From NCBI GenBank assembly GCA_002269645.1, contig NIVC01000952.1, positions 551,220 to 615,219 of the forward strand: a stretch of DNA of 64,000 nt. Direction: 5' to 3'. The notes under the pieces are model-generated. The model saw nothing but the letters and a program-made list of their open reading frames with translations. It was not told the origin of the DNA and searched no databases. The stretch's first letter is position 1, and every line of letters starts with the position of its first letter. This stretch comes from Macrostomum lignano. Lineage: Eukaryota. This document shows positions 10,971-24,000 of the stretch, piece by piece. Position numbers and translations under genes: made by a program.

Positions 10971-11232
10971 GCTGGGCCACGCTAACAGCAGGGAATTAGC
11001 CAGTCAGCTGGGCCACGCTAACAGCAGGGAATTACCCAGTCAGCTGGGCCACGCTAACAGCAGGGAATTACCCAGTCAGCTGGGCCACGCTAGCAGCAGG
11101 GAATTACCCAGTCAGCTGGGCCACGCTAACAGCAGGGAATTAGCCGCACCCAGTCAGCTGGGCCACGCTAACAGCAGGGAATTACCCGCACCCAGTCAGC
11201 TGGACCACGCCAACAGCAGGGAATAAGCCGCA
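10971..11232. repeat. 36-bp minisatellite (about 7 copies, some 42 bp)
   Basis: Unit gctgggccacgctaacagcagggaattacccagtca. Confidence 0.9.
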
Positions 11233-11409
11233 CAGATGCAGGGGAGGCTGAGGTCTCTCCAGAAGCAGTTAAGCTAGCAGGCGCAAGAAGGGCTGGGCTG
11301 GTCACGCACTCCAGTCAAACAGTGCTATATACATGTGCATTCTCAATCTCCAATGCAGAATTTGCATAATACAGTTCAGCGCAATAAAGATAACGCATCA
11401 GGTTTTAAA

Positions 11410-11415
11410 TTTATT
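11410..11415 (-). promoter_or_regulatory. candidate polyadenylation signal of CHD1
   Basis: AATAAA on the minus strand about 620 nt after the CHD1 stop. Motif only. Confidence 0.3.
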
Positions 11416-12028
11416 TAATTTGACTGCAAAATAAAATGAACAATTATTTTAACCAGCTTGATACTGCAAGCACAGCAACAATCGGGGAGGAGGGACTGCA
11501 GGGGACTTAGGTATTTTATGAACCCCGTAGCGTAACGGTGGACATCCGGGACCAATGCAGAAAGCGCACAATTTCACTCAAGTACAAGTGGGGTGTCGCT
11601 GGTTCAGCGGCTCCAATCAGTTCGAAGAAAGATGAAATAAAAGCAGACAAATTAATAGAAGACAAACAAGCAACTAACATGGCAACCGAGAGGAAACAAC
11701 GAACTCATATAAATAAAGAATCGATTTGTCAAATTGGAAAGCGAAGCAGCGGCTGGGGGGGGACACAACTGGCAGACAGACCGACTGCTGCAGAGACTGT
11801 TGTCAAAGTTATATCAAGAAACGCAAGGCCGCGCAGTGCAGTGTAGTCCGCTATGCAAGAGGAACATTCTGCTGTCGGCAGTGGGAAAGCACCAAATCTT
11901 CTAAATTTAGGCAGAATCTCGGCCAGCCAATCCGAGCCAGATTTGGGCGGGGGCTGCGAGGTGGAGCAGAGAGAAAGCGCTGGGGCTCTGGTGAGTCGGG
12001 CTGCTGGTCAGTAGTCAGCAGCGAGTAG

Positions 12029-15000
12029 TCAGTAGTGCTTGCCGCCGGGCTGCGATGGCCGCCTGTTGTAGGCGTTATTGAATGCCGAGGAGGCGCTGTT
12101 GGAGTCCGCGCGCTTCACGCGAGCATCTGAGCGATGCTGATGTTGGCGATGGCCGTGATGCTGGTGGTGGTGATGATGATGATGATGGTGCTGCTTGTTG
12201 GCTTTGGCCTCCTTGCGGTGCTTTTTGTACAGCCGGTGCAGCTCCGAGTGTGACAGCTCGGTGAAGTAGGACACAAAAGTCCACAGCCGGTTGCGCCAGG
12301 CGCGGATCTCGTCTGGCTGGCGGAACTGCCGGATCTCGTGGCCGATGTGGCTGCCGATCTTCAGCAGGTGCGCCCCGATCAGGTTGCCGTCTCGGTCCGC
12401 CTCGCAGTCCTGCAGCCGCTTCAGCGTCTTCTTCAGCGGCCGCATGTGCTCTTTGCAGGCGTTGAACACGGACTCCGGCAGGCGCTGCTCCTCGGCGTCG
12501 CCTCCGGGCTTCCCTGCGGCCTGCTTGCCCGGCTTCTTCTGCTGCTGCTGCTGCGGCTGCTGCTGCTCCTTGGACTTGACCGGCTGGCCGCTCTTTTGCT
12601 GCTTCTTTGGATGCTGCTGCTGCTTGGACTTGTGAATGGACACCGGCTGCCGGTTGGCCGTGATGTGCAGCGCCCGGGAGCCGCTGGCCGCCGGAGAATT
12701 CGAGCGCGACTGGGCAGCGGATGAGCTGGACGATGAGTCGGAGGAGTCAACGAACTCTTTTGAGATCGGCTGCTGCTGCTGGTGCTGTTGCTGCTGCTGC
12801 TGCTGCTGCTGCTGGCTTTGGTCCTTGCCTGCCGCGCCGACCGATGCGCCCGACGGCTTCGAGCGCCGACCGCCGCCACCGCTGACGGCGCCCGCGCTTC
12901 CAGCAGCTCCACCGGCGCCGGTGCCGCCCTCCTGATGCCGCTGCAGCATCTTCAGCAGGTAGTCGGTCCTGACGGGGGAGGTTGGGGTTGGAGTTGAGGT
13001 TGAGTCAGACTCCGCCCAGCTGATGTCACATCCCAGTCATGCGAAAAGGGTGAGGGTCACACTACAAACCTGGTGCGCAGATGGGCAGCCTGAGGCTTCA
13101 AGTTGTGGTCCCTCAGGATCTTGGCCCGCAGGCCCAGGTCCGGGTCGTCCTTGATAGCGTCCCAGCTGTCCATGCCGAACTCGTACACGCCAATCAGCAA
13201 GTTCGAGTCGTCAATCTCGTCCCACACGCAGTCCCAGGTGACAGTCTTGGTGTAGAAGGGCACCCTGTACTTCCGGCGCGCCTCCCTGTCTGCTGGCATC
13301 TCCCTGTGCAGCGGGGCGAGGTCCTTCTGCGACTGCAGCAGCGGCCGGGCCTGGATCACCACCCGGCCGAGCGTGAAGGACGGCGCGCTGGGCTTCGCCG
13401 AAGCCTCCTCGCCTGTCGCGAACGTGGCAGCCTTGGCGACGGCCCGCTCGCAGCCCTGCAGGATGGCTTCGACCAGGCGGCGGACCTCCGTCTCCGACTT
13501 CTCCTGCAGCTCCGCCTCCTCCACCACGCTGTCCAGCCGGTCCAGCGGGCTGGCGAACTTGCGCATCGCCTTGGCCAGGGCGCGGATCTCGCGGTCCGAC
13601 AGCTCCTCCTCGTCCTCGGCGCCCACGTTCAGCGGCTTGACCTGCGGGGGCGTTGACATGACAAAAAGTAAGGCAAACCTGACTGAGTGTCAGACTGTCT
13701 GACTGACTGTCTGACTGACTGCCTGACTGACTGACTGACTGACTGACTGACTGCCTGCCTGCCTGACTGCCTGACTGACTGACTGACTGACTGACTGCCT
13801 GCCTGCCTGACTGCCTGACTGACTGACTGCCTCGCTGACCTGCTTGCGCTGTCGCGGCCCCAGCTCGAGCTGCAGCAGACGCTCCTCGGCCTCCTCCTGC
13901 TCGATGCGGCGCCGACTCTCCTCGGGGATGATCTCCTCCCAGGTCTTGCTGGCCGCCGGCTCCGCTGACTGCCCGGCGGAGTCCCCGGCAGCCGTGGCCG
14001 TCGCTTGGCCTTTGCGCCTGCCGGAGGGCCCGCCGCCGGACATGATGATCTCCGTGTCCTCAAGGTTCTCCAGGTTCACCACCTGCGGGCGGATTGGCAA
14101 AAGCAGGTTGTTAAAGAGAATCTTGATGAAAAGCTCGGCTGAGCACATGTCTGGGTGGACAATATCCTGCTAGAGTTCGAACCAAGGACCACTGTTAGTA
14201 TTATAAGAGGACGTAAAATTTTGAAGCCAGTTTCTTGAAAAAAATCCGTATTTTTACAATGCAGTTGTTTCAGGCGGATTTTACTAGTGGTCCTTGGTTC
14301 GAGTCGGAAAGCTTTTCACACTCCTAAGAACTCCCATCTCCCAAGCTCTAAGTTTGTCTATGGCTAAGGCTACGAGCATGTACAGAACGGCATAGCAACC
14401 ACGAGCGACAGGTTCCAACCTTGAACTGCGACAGCAGCTCCTCGGCAGCTGCGGAGGTTGGCTGCAGCTCCTCGCGAGTCTCAGCGCTGCGCAGAATGGC
14501 GTCCAGGTCCACCTCGGCCTCGGACTCCTCGCCCTCCTTCTCGCGGAACAGGTCTGCGGCGCCGAACTTGAGGATGGCGGACAGTTCGTCCTTGGAGAAG
14601 GCGGGGTTGCCGGCGTCGCCTGGCTGACGCAGGCGGCCCGTGGTGTCCATGCGCTGAATGACCAGATGGTCCAGCACCATCTTCTGCTTGGCCCGTTCGA
14701 TGATGTCCTCCTCTACTGTGGCGCGGAGCACCAGGCGGTAGACCCGCACCTGGCGCGTCTGGCCGATGCGGTGGCACCTGGAAAATTGGAACGGATTTGG
14801 GATGTTTAGCTTTCGGTTGAGGATGTTTAGCCTCCGGTTGAGGATGTTTAGCTTCCGGTTGGGATGTTTAGCTTCCGGTTGGGGTGCGGTTGCTTGCGTA
14901 AACTGACCGAGGCAAACTTTTGTTCAAGCATCGAAGACCCACCTGGCCATCGCCTGCAGGTCATTCTGCGGGTTCCAGTCGCTGTCGAAGATGACCACGG

Positions 15001-18000
15001 TGTCAGCCGAGGCTAAGTTGACGCCGAGGCCGCCAGCTCGGGTGGACAGCAGGAAGCAGAAGTCCTGCGAACTCTCCGCATTGAAGGCGTCAAGCGCCTG
15101 TTTGCGGGCCTCGCCTAGAATGGTGCCGTCCAGTCGCTGGAAGGCCCAGTTGCGCAACGACAGGTACTCGGCCAGCACGTCCAGCATCATCACCATCTGA
15201 GAGAAGATCAGAACCCGGTGCCCGCCGGCTCGCAGATTCCACAGCAGCTTGTCCAGCAGCAACATTTTGCCCGAGCCCCTGATGAGGCTCTCCAGCCTCT
15301 CGCAGCGGTCCGTGAGCTGCGGCGGCTCCTGCACCAGAAAGGTGTGGTTGCAGCACTTTTTCAGTTCCATGATCAGGTTGAGGAAGGCGTTGGGCTTGTT
15401 CAGCATCTTGTAGTTCCTGCGGGGCGATAGGGGTTGCGGTGAGTTTTAATTCGGGCACTTATTTATGCGAGATTGTCAGGTAGGATTTTGTGAGATTCTC
15501 AGGTAGATTTATGTGAGATTCTCAGGTAGATTAATGCGAGATTGTCAGGTAGATTTATGCGAGATTGTCAGGTAGATTTATGTGAGATTCTCAGGTTGAT
15601 TTATGAGAGATTCTCAGGTTGATTTATGCGAGATTCTCAGGTTGATTTATGCGAGATTCTCAGATTGATTTATGCGGGATTCTCAGGTTGATTTATGTGA
15701 GATTCTCAGGTAGATTTATGCGAGATTGTCAAGTAGATTTATGCGAGATTGTCAGGTAGGATTTTGTGAGATTCTCAGGTTGATTTATGAGAGATTCTCA
15801 GATTGATTTATGTGAGATTCTCAGGTTGATTTATGCGGGATTCTCAGGTTGATTTATGCGGGATTCTCAGGTTGATTTATGCGGGATTCTCAGGTTGATT
15901 TATGCGGGATTCTCAGGTTGATTTATGCGAGATTCTCAGATTGATTTTGCGAGATTCTCAGGTTGATTTATGCGAGATTCTCAGGTTGATTTATGCGAGA
16001 TTCTCAGATTGATTTTGCGAGATTCTCAGGTTGATTTATGCGGGATTCTCAGGTTGATTTATGCGGGATTCTCAGGTTGATTTATGTGAGATTCTCAGAT
16101 TGATTTTGCGAGATTCTCAGGTGGATGTATGCGAGATTCTCAGATTGATTTATGCGAGATTCTCAGGTGGATTTATGCGAGATTCTCAGGTTGATTTATG
16201 CGAGATTCTCAGGTAGATTTATGCAAGATTCTCAAGTAGATTTATGCGAGATTCTCAGGTAGATTTATGCGAGATTCTCAGGTTGATTTATGTGAGATTC
16301 TCAGGTAGATTTATGAGAGATTCTCAGGTGGATTTATGCGAGATTGTCAGGTGGATTTATGCGAGATTGTCAGGTGGATTTATGCGAGATTGTCAGGTAG
16401 ATTTATGTGAGATTCTCAGGTAGATTTATGTGAGATTCTCAGGTAGATTAATGCGAGATTCTCAGGTAGGACTAGCAATCTTCGCCCCCCGTTGGGGGAC
16501 ATCTGTATAGAACCTCTGTTCTCTACAAGTAACAAAAAGATAGCCAAAAAAAGCCTTCACAAAAAAAGACAAAATACTCAAAGGAAGTGCAATGCAAAAA
16601 GAAATCATCCCAAGACAGCAAGCATCCCCCAGATAGCAAGCGTCCGCCAGATAGCAAGCATCCCCTACATAGATAGCATCCCCAAATAGCAAGCATCCAC
16701 CAGACAATAAGTAGCTAGTGCGACAATTTCCTTAGCATTATAGTGGCTCCTTTAAAATTCGCTTACTTTATGTTTGAAATTGTGTAAATTTTATGTTTGA
16801 CATGGTGGCTGTTTTATGTTCTACATGGCAACTGTTTTATGTTTGAAACGATGGCTTTTTAATGTCAGACATGGTGGCTCTTTTATGTTTTACATGGTGG
16901 CTCTTTTATGTTTGACATGGTGCCTCTTTATTGTTTGACATGGTGGCTCTTTAATGTTTAACCTGGTGGCTCTTGTTTGAAACAGTGGCTCTTTTATGTT
17001 TGACACAGTGGCTCTTTAATGTTCGACAAAGTGGCTATTTAATGTTTGACAAGGTGGCTTTTAAATGTTTGACATGGTGGCTCCTTAATGTTCGAAATGG
17101 TGGCTCTTTAATGTTTGACATAAAGACACATATATAATTGACATGGTGGCTCTTAAATGTTTGACATGGTGGCTCTTTAATGTTCGAGAAAGTGGCTCTT
17201 TAATGTTTTTCATGGTATGGCTCTTTTATGTTCGACATGGTGGCTCTTTTAGGTTTGACATGGTGGCTCTTAAATGTTTGACATGGTGACTCTTTAATGT
17301 TTCAAATGGTGGCTCTTTAATGTTTTACATGGTGGCTCTTAAATGTTTGACATGGTGGCTCTTAAATGTTTGACATGGTAGCTCTTTAATATTCTACATT
17401 GTGGCTCTTAAGTGTTCGAAATGGTGGATCTTTTAGGTTTGACATGATGGCTGTTTAATGTTCAACATAGTGGCTCTTTAATATTCTACATGGTGGCTCT
17501 TTTATGTTTAGCATGGTGGCTCTTAAATGTTTGACATGGTGGCTCTTTAATGTTCGAAATGGTGGCTCTTTTGTTTTACATGGTGGCTCTTTAATGTTTG
17601 ACATGGTGGCTCTTTAATGTTTGACATAAAGTCACTTATATGTTTGAAATGGTGGCTCTTTAATATTTTACATTGTGGCTCTTAAGTGTTCGACATAGTG
17701 GCTCTTTTAGGTTTAACATGGTGGCTCTTTTAGGTTTAACATGGTGGCTCTTAAATGTTCGACATGGTGGCTCTTTAATGTTCGACATGGTGGCTTTTTA
17801 ATATTCTTCATGTTATAGCTCTTTCATGTTTGACATGGTGGCTCTTTAATGTTCGACATGGTGGCTCTTTAATGTTCGAAATGGTGGCTCTTTAATGTTT
17901 GACACAAAGTCACATATATGTTTGACATGGTGGCTCTTAAATGTTTGACATGGTGGCTCTTTATGTTTGACATGTTGGCTCTTTTATGTTTGACATGTTG

Positions 18001-21000
18001 GCTCCTTTATGTTTGACATGGTGGCTCTTTAATGTTCGAAAAAGTGGCTCCTAAATGTTTGACATAGTGGCTCTTTGATGTTCGAAATAGTGGCTCTTTT
18101 ATGGTCGACATGGTGGCTCTTTAATGTTCGAAATGGTGGCTCTTTAATGTTCGAAAAAGTGGCTCTTTTATTTTCGACATGGTGGCTCTTTAATGTTCGA
18201 AATGGTGGCTGTCTAATGTTCGAAATGGTGGCTCTTTTATGTTTGACATAAAGTCACTTATATGTTTTACATGGTGCCTCTTAAATATTAGACATGGTGG
18301 CTCGTTTAGGTTTGACATGGTAGCTCTTTAATGTTCGACATGGTGGCTCTTTAATATTCGATATGTTGGCTCTTTATGTTTGACCTGGTGGCTCTTTTTC
18401 GTTCGAAATGGTGGCTCTTTTTTGTTCTACATGGTAACTCTTTTATATTTGATACGGTGGCTTTTTTAAAGTCTGACATGTTGGCTCTTTTATGTTTGAC
18501 ATAGTGGCTCTTTAATGTTTGACAATGTGGCTTTTGAATGTTTGACATGGTGGCTCTTTAATGATAGACATGGTGGCTCTTTAATGTACGACATAATGGC
18601 TCTTTAATGTTTGACAATGTGGCTCTTTAATGTTCGAAATGGTGGCTCTTTAATGTACGACATAATGGCTCTTTAATGTTTGACAATGTGGCTTTTGAAT
18701 GTTTGACATGGTGGCTCTTTAATGTTTTGACATGGTGGCTCTTTAATGTTAGACAAAGTGGCTTTTTAATGTTTGACATGGTGGCTCTTTTATGTTTGAC
18801 ATGGTGGCTCTTTACTGTTTGAAATGGTGGCCCTTTAATGTTCGAAATGGTGGCTCTTTTATGTTTGACATGGTGGCTCTTTTAGGTTTGACATGATGGC
18901 ACTTTTATGTTTTAACATGGTAGCTCTTAAATGTTTGACATGGTAGCTCTTAAATGTTTGACATGGTAGCTCTTTTATGTTCGACATGGTGGCTCTTTAT
19001 TGTTTGACATGGTGGCTCTTTAATGTTTAACCTGGTGGCTCTTTTATGTTTGACACGGTGGCTTTTAATGTCTGACATGGTGGCTCTTTTATGTTTTACA
19101 TGGTGGCTCTTCTATGTTTGACATGGTGGCTCTTTATTGTTTGACAAAGTGGCTATTTAATGTTCGAAATGGTGGCTCTTTAAAGTTTGACATAAAGTCA
19201 CATATATGTTTGAGATGGTGGCTCTTAAATGTTTGACATGGTGGCTCTTTAATGTTTGACATGGTGGCTCTTTAATGTTTGACATAGTGGCTCTTTAATG
19301 TTCTACATGGTGGCTCTTTTATGTTCGACATGGTGGCTTTTTAATGTTTGACATGGTGGCTCTTTTATGTTTGACATGGTGGCTCTTTACTGTTTGAAAT
19401 GGTGGCTCTTTAACGTTCTACATGGTAACTCTTTTATGTTTAATACGGTGGCTTTTTAATGTCTGACATGGTGGCTCTTTTATGTTTGACATGGTGGCTC
19501 TTCTATGTTTGACATGGTGGCTCTTTATTGTTTGACATGGTGGCTCTTTAATGTTTAACCTGGTGGCTCTTTTATGTTTGACACGGCGGCTCTGTAATGT
19601 TTGACAAAGTGGCTATTTAATATTCGAAATGGTGGCTCTTTAAAGTTTGACATAAAGTCACATATATGTTTGACATGGTGGCTCTTAAATGTTTGACATG
19701 GTGGCTCTTAAATGTTTGAAATGGTGGCTTTTTAATCGTTGACATGGAGTCACGTATATATTGACATAGTGCTTATTTTATGTTTGGCATGGTGGCTCTT
19801 TAATGTTCGAAATGGCTGGCTCTTTAATGTTCTTAATGGTGTCTGTTTTATGTTTGACATGGTGGCTCTTTAATGTTTGACATGGTGGCTCTTTAATGTC
19901 TTACATGGTAACTCTTTTATGTTCGATATGGTGGCTCTTTTATTTTTGACATGGTGGCTCTTTTATGTTTGACATGGTGGCTCTTTTATGTTTGACATGG
20001 TGGCTCTATAATGTTAGACATGGTGGCTCTTCAATGTTCGACATGGTGGCTCTTTAATGTTCGACATGGTGGCTCTATAATGTTAGACATGGTGGCTCTT
20101 TAATGTTCGAGCTTTCAAAAAAAACAACAGACATTCCCTCTAAAAAGAAAACATCCCAAGAGAGCAAGCATCCCCAGACGGCATGCAAGCATCCCCCAGA
20201 CCGCAAGCATCCCCCAGATAGCAAGCACCCCCCCCCCCGATAGCAAGCAACCCCCAGATAGCAAGCATTCCCGGATATCAAGCAATCTCAGATAGCAAGC
20301 ATCCCTGGATACAAAGAGTCCTTATAGATAGCTAGCAAACCACTCTCAGATAGCAAGTACCCACCACCCCCAAGAGCAAGCATCTCCCAATAGCAAGTTA
20401 CCCTAGTAGCAAGCATATTTCCGATAGCAAGCATCCCCCTGATAGCAAGTATCTATCCTTAAATAGCAAGCATCCACCAGAGAACAAGTAGCTAGTGCAA
20501 CAATTTCTATAGCTTTATAATGGCTCCATTTTGTTCGACATGACGCTTCTTTTTTTCGTTTCAAATTGTGTCTCTTTATGTTTGACATGGTGTCTCTTTT
20601 ATGTTTGACATGGTGGCTCTTTTATGTTTTGGTGGCTTTTTATTGTTTGACATGGAGTCATATATATGTTTGACATGGTAGCCTTTAATGTTAGACATGG
20701 TGGCTATTTAATGTTCGACATGTTCGCCTTTAATGTTCGACATGGTGGCTCTTTAATGTTCGACATGGTGGCTCTTTTATGTTTGACATTGTGCTTCTTT
20801 TATGTTTAGCATTTTGTGTTTTTAAGGTGTTTTAATAAAAAAATCTTTTTGCACTACTAAGATTCGAACCCAGGTCGCTACATTAGCAGTCCAGTCTGTT
20901 CGCATCTAGGCTATCTCTTTTTAATTTGAGAACATGAATTGTGGCCCTTATACTTCAATTCTTACAGCAATTCAGTTAGAGTAAAAAGTTATGACACAAT

Positions 21001-24000
21001 CAATTTCTCAGTCAGCCAGTATCAGTCTCAATTCAAGTTAGCAATATTGGTTACGCAATTTAAATCAAGTCGTGTGCATTTCTTCGGCACTGTTTTCAAC
21101 TGGTTGGGATGTAATCCTTATCACAATTGGAATTCAGTCAGTCAGTTTTTTTCTCTAGCATTCTTACAATGCATTTCAGGTCGAAAGAGCTGCTTGACCT
21201 TTGCAGAAAGCATGTTTTTCGAATATTTAATCCCTTTATCATAGAGCAATTTCTTAGCCAAGATGCATGTACCGTCCCAGGAAAATTTCTGATCGAATGG
21301 TACAAATCTGAAGAAAATCAGTTGAGCCAATTTTTCTTAAATCAATCGCATACCCATATACCCACAGACAACTCATTTTTAGTATATAGGACTAGCAATC
21401 TTCGCCCCCCGTTGGGGGACATCTGTATAGAATCTCTGTTCTCTACAAGTAATAAGAAGATAGCAAGCATCCCCCAGATAGCAAGCATCCCCCAGAGAGC
21501 AAGCATCCCCCAGATAGCAAGCATCCCCAAATAGCAAGCATCCACCAGACAATAAGTAGCTAAGTGCAACAATTTCCTTAGCTTTATAGTGGCTCCTTTA
21601 AATTGGCATGGCGCTTTATACCTTTACATTTGAAATTGTATATCTTTAATGTTTGACATGGTGGCTCTTTTATGTTGATATGGTGGCTCTTTTATGTTCT
21701 AAATGGTAGCTCTTTTATGTTCTAAATGGTAGCTCTTTTATGTTTGATATGGTGGCTCTTTTAATGGTCGACATGGTTGGTCTTTAATGTTCTTCATGAT
21801 GGCTGTTTTATGTTTGACATGGTGGCTCTTCAATGTTCGAAATGGTTGGCTCTTTAATGTTCTTAATGGTGTCTGTTTTATGTTTGACATGGTGGCTCTT
21901 TAATGTTTGACATGGTGGCTCTTTAATGTCTTACATGGTAACTCTTTTATGTTCGATATGGTGGCTCTTTTATTTTTGACATGGTGGCTCTTCTATGTTT
22001 GAAATTGCGCTTCTTTTATGTTTAGCAGTTTTTTGTTTTTAAGTTGTATTAATAAAAAAATCATTTTGCGCTACTAAGATTCGAACCCAGATCGCTACAT
22101 TAGCAGTCCAGTCTGTTCGCATTTAGGCTATCTTTTTTTCAATTGGAGCACATGAATTGTGGCCCTTATAATTCAATTCTTACAGCAAGTCAATTGGAGT
22201 AAAAAGTTATGACATAATCAATTTCTCAGTCAGCCAGAATCAGTCTCAATTTAAGTTAGCAATATGGTTACGCAATTTTAATCAAGTCGTGTGTGCATTT
22301 CTTCGACACTGTTTTCAATTTGTTGCGATGCAATCTTTATCAGAATTGAAATTCAGCCAGTCAGTTTTTTCTCTAGCATTCTTACAATGCATTTCAAGTC
22401 GAAATTTTTCTTGACCTTTGCAAGAAAGCATGTTTTTCGAATATTTAATCCCTTTCACATTTAGCAATTTCTTAGCTAAGATGCATGTACCGTCCCAGAA
22501 AAATTTCTGATCGAATGGTGCAAGTTTGAAGAAAATCGGTTGAGCCGTTTTTTCTGAAATCAATCGCATACCCATATACATACATACATACATACAGACA
22601 ACTCATTTTTAGGATATAGGATTTTGTGAGATTCTCAGGTAGATTTATGTGAGATTCTCAGGTAGATTTATGTGAGATTCTCAGGTAGATTTATGTGAGA
22701 TTCTCAGGTAGATTAATGCGAGATTCTCAGGTAGGATTTTGTGAGATTCTCAGGTGGATTTATGCGAGATTGTCAGGTAGGATTTTGTGAGATTCTCAGG
22801 TGGATTTATGCGAGATTCTCAGGTAGATTTATGCGAGATTGTCAGGTAGATTTATGCGAGATTGTCAGGTAGATTTATGTGAGATTCTCAGGATGATTTA
22901 TGAGAGATTCTCAGGTTGATTTATGCGAGATTCTCAGGTTGATTTATGCGAGATTCTCAGATTGATTTATGCGGGATTCTCAGGTTGATTTATGTGAGAT
23001 TCTCAGGTAGATTTATGCGAGATTGTCAGGTAGATTTATGCGAGATTGTCAGGTAGGATTTTGTGAGATTCTCAGGTTGATTTATGAGAGATTCTCAGGT
23101 AGGATTTATGCGAGATTGTCAGGTAGGATTTTGTGAGATTCTCAGGTAGATTAATGCGAGATTCTCAGGTAGGATTTTGTGAGATTCTCAGGTGGATTTA
23201 TGCGAGATTGTCAGGTAGGATTTTGTGAGATTCTCAGGTTGATTTATGCGAGATTCTCAGTTAGATTTATGCGGGATTTTCAGGTAGATTTATGCGAGAT
23301 TCTCAGGTAGATTTATGCGGGATTTTCAGGTAGATTTATGCGAGATTCTCAGGTAGATTTATGCGAGATTCTCAGTTAGATTTATGCGAGATTGTCAGGT
23401 AGGATTTTGTGCGATTCTCAGGTTGATTTATGAGAGATTCTCAGGTTGATTTATGCGAGATTCTCAGGTTGATTTATGTGAGATTCTCAGGTAGATTTAT
23501 GAGAGATTGTCAGGTTGATTTATGAGAGATTCTCAGGTTGATTTATGCGAGATTCTCAGGTTGATTTATGCGAGATTCTCAGGTAGATTTATGCGAGATT
23601 GTCAGGTAGATTAATGCGAGATTCTCAGGTAGATTTATGTGAGATTCTCAGGTAGATTAATGCGAGATTCTCATGAAGATTTATGCGAGATTCTCAGGTA
23701 GAATAATGCGAGATTGTCAGGTAGATTAATGCGAGATTCTCATGAAGATTTATGTGAGATTCTCAGGTAGATTTATGCGAAATTGTCAGGTAGATTTATG
23801 CGAGATTCTCAGGTTGATTTATGCGAGATTCTCAGTTAGATTTATGCGAGATTCTCAGTTAGATTTATGCGGGATTTTCAGGTAGATTTATGCGAGATTC
23901 TCAGGTAGATTTATGCGAGATTCTCAGGTAGATTTATGCGAGATTCTCAGGTAGATTTATGCGAGATTCTCAGTTAGATTTATGCGAGATTCTCAGGTAG

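Larger units (their letters stand above)
16472..21391 (-). mobile_element. non-autonomous Helitron, unit B (4,920 bp)
   Basis: Minus strand starts 5'-TCCTATATACTAAAAATGAG at 21391 and ends gtCCCCCaacGGGGGGcgaagattgCTAG at 16472, followed by T. No TSD, no RepHel ORF. Confidence 0.85.

Noticed and set aside
12075-15458. Many overlapping and antisense ORFs over CHD1, PAFAH and GPCR exons
   Set aside because: Shadow frames caused by high GC3 codon bias.
20851-20913. Functional tRNA-Ser gene
   Set aside because: No acceptor stem, an imperfect anticodon stem, no long variable arm, and it is embedded in a TE.
16467-22621. TAGGA at both ends as a 5-bp TSD
   Set aside because: It also occurs at the internal junction and is the reverse complement of the Helitron 5' TCCTA. 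Helitrons make no TSD.
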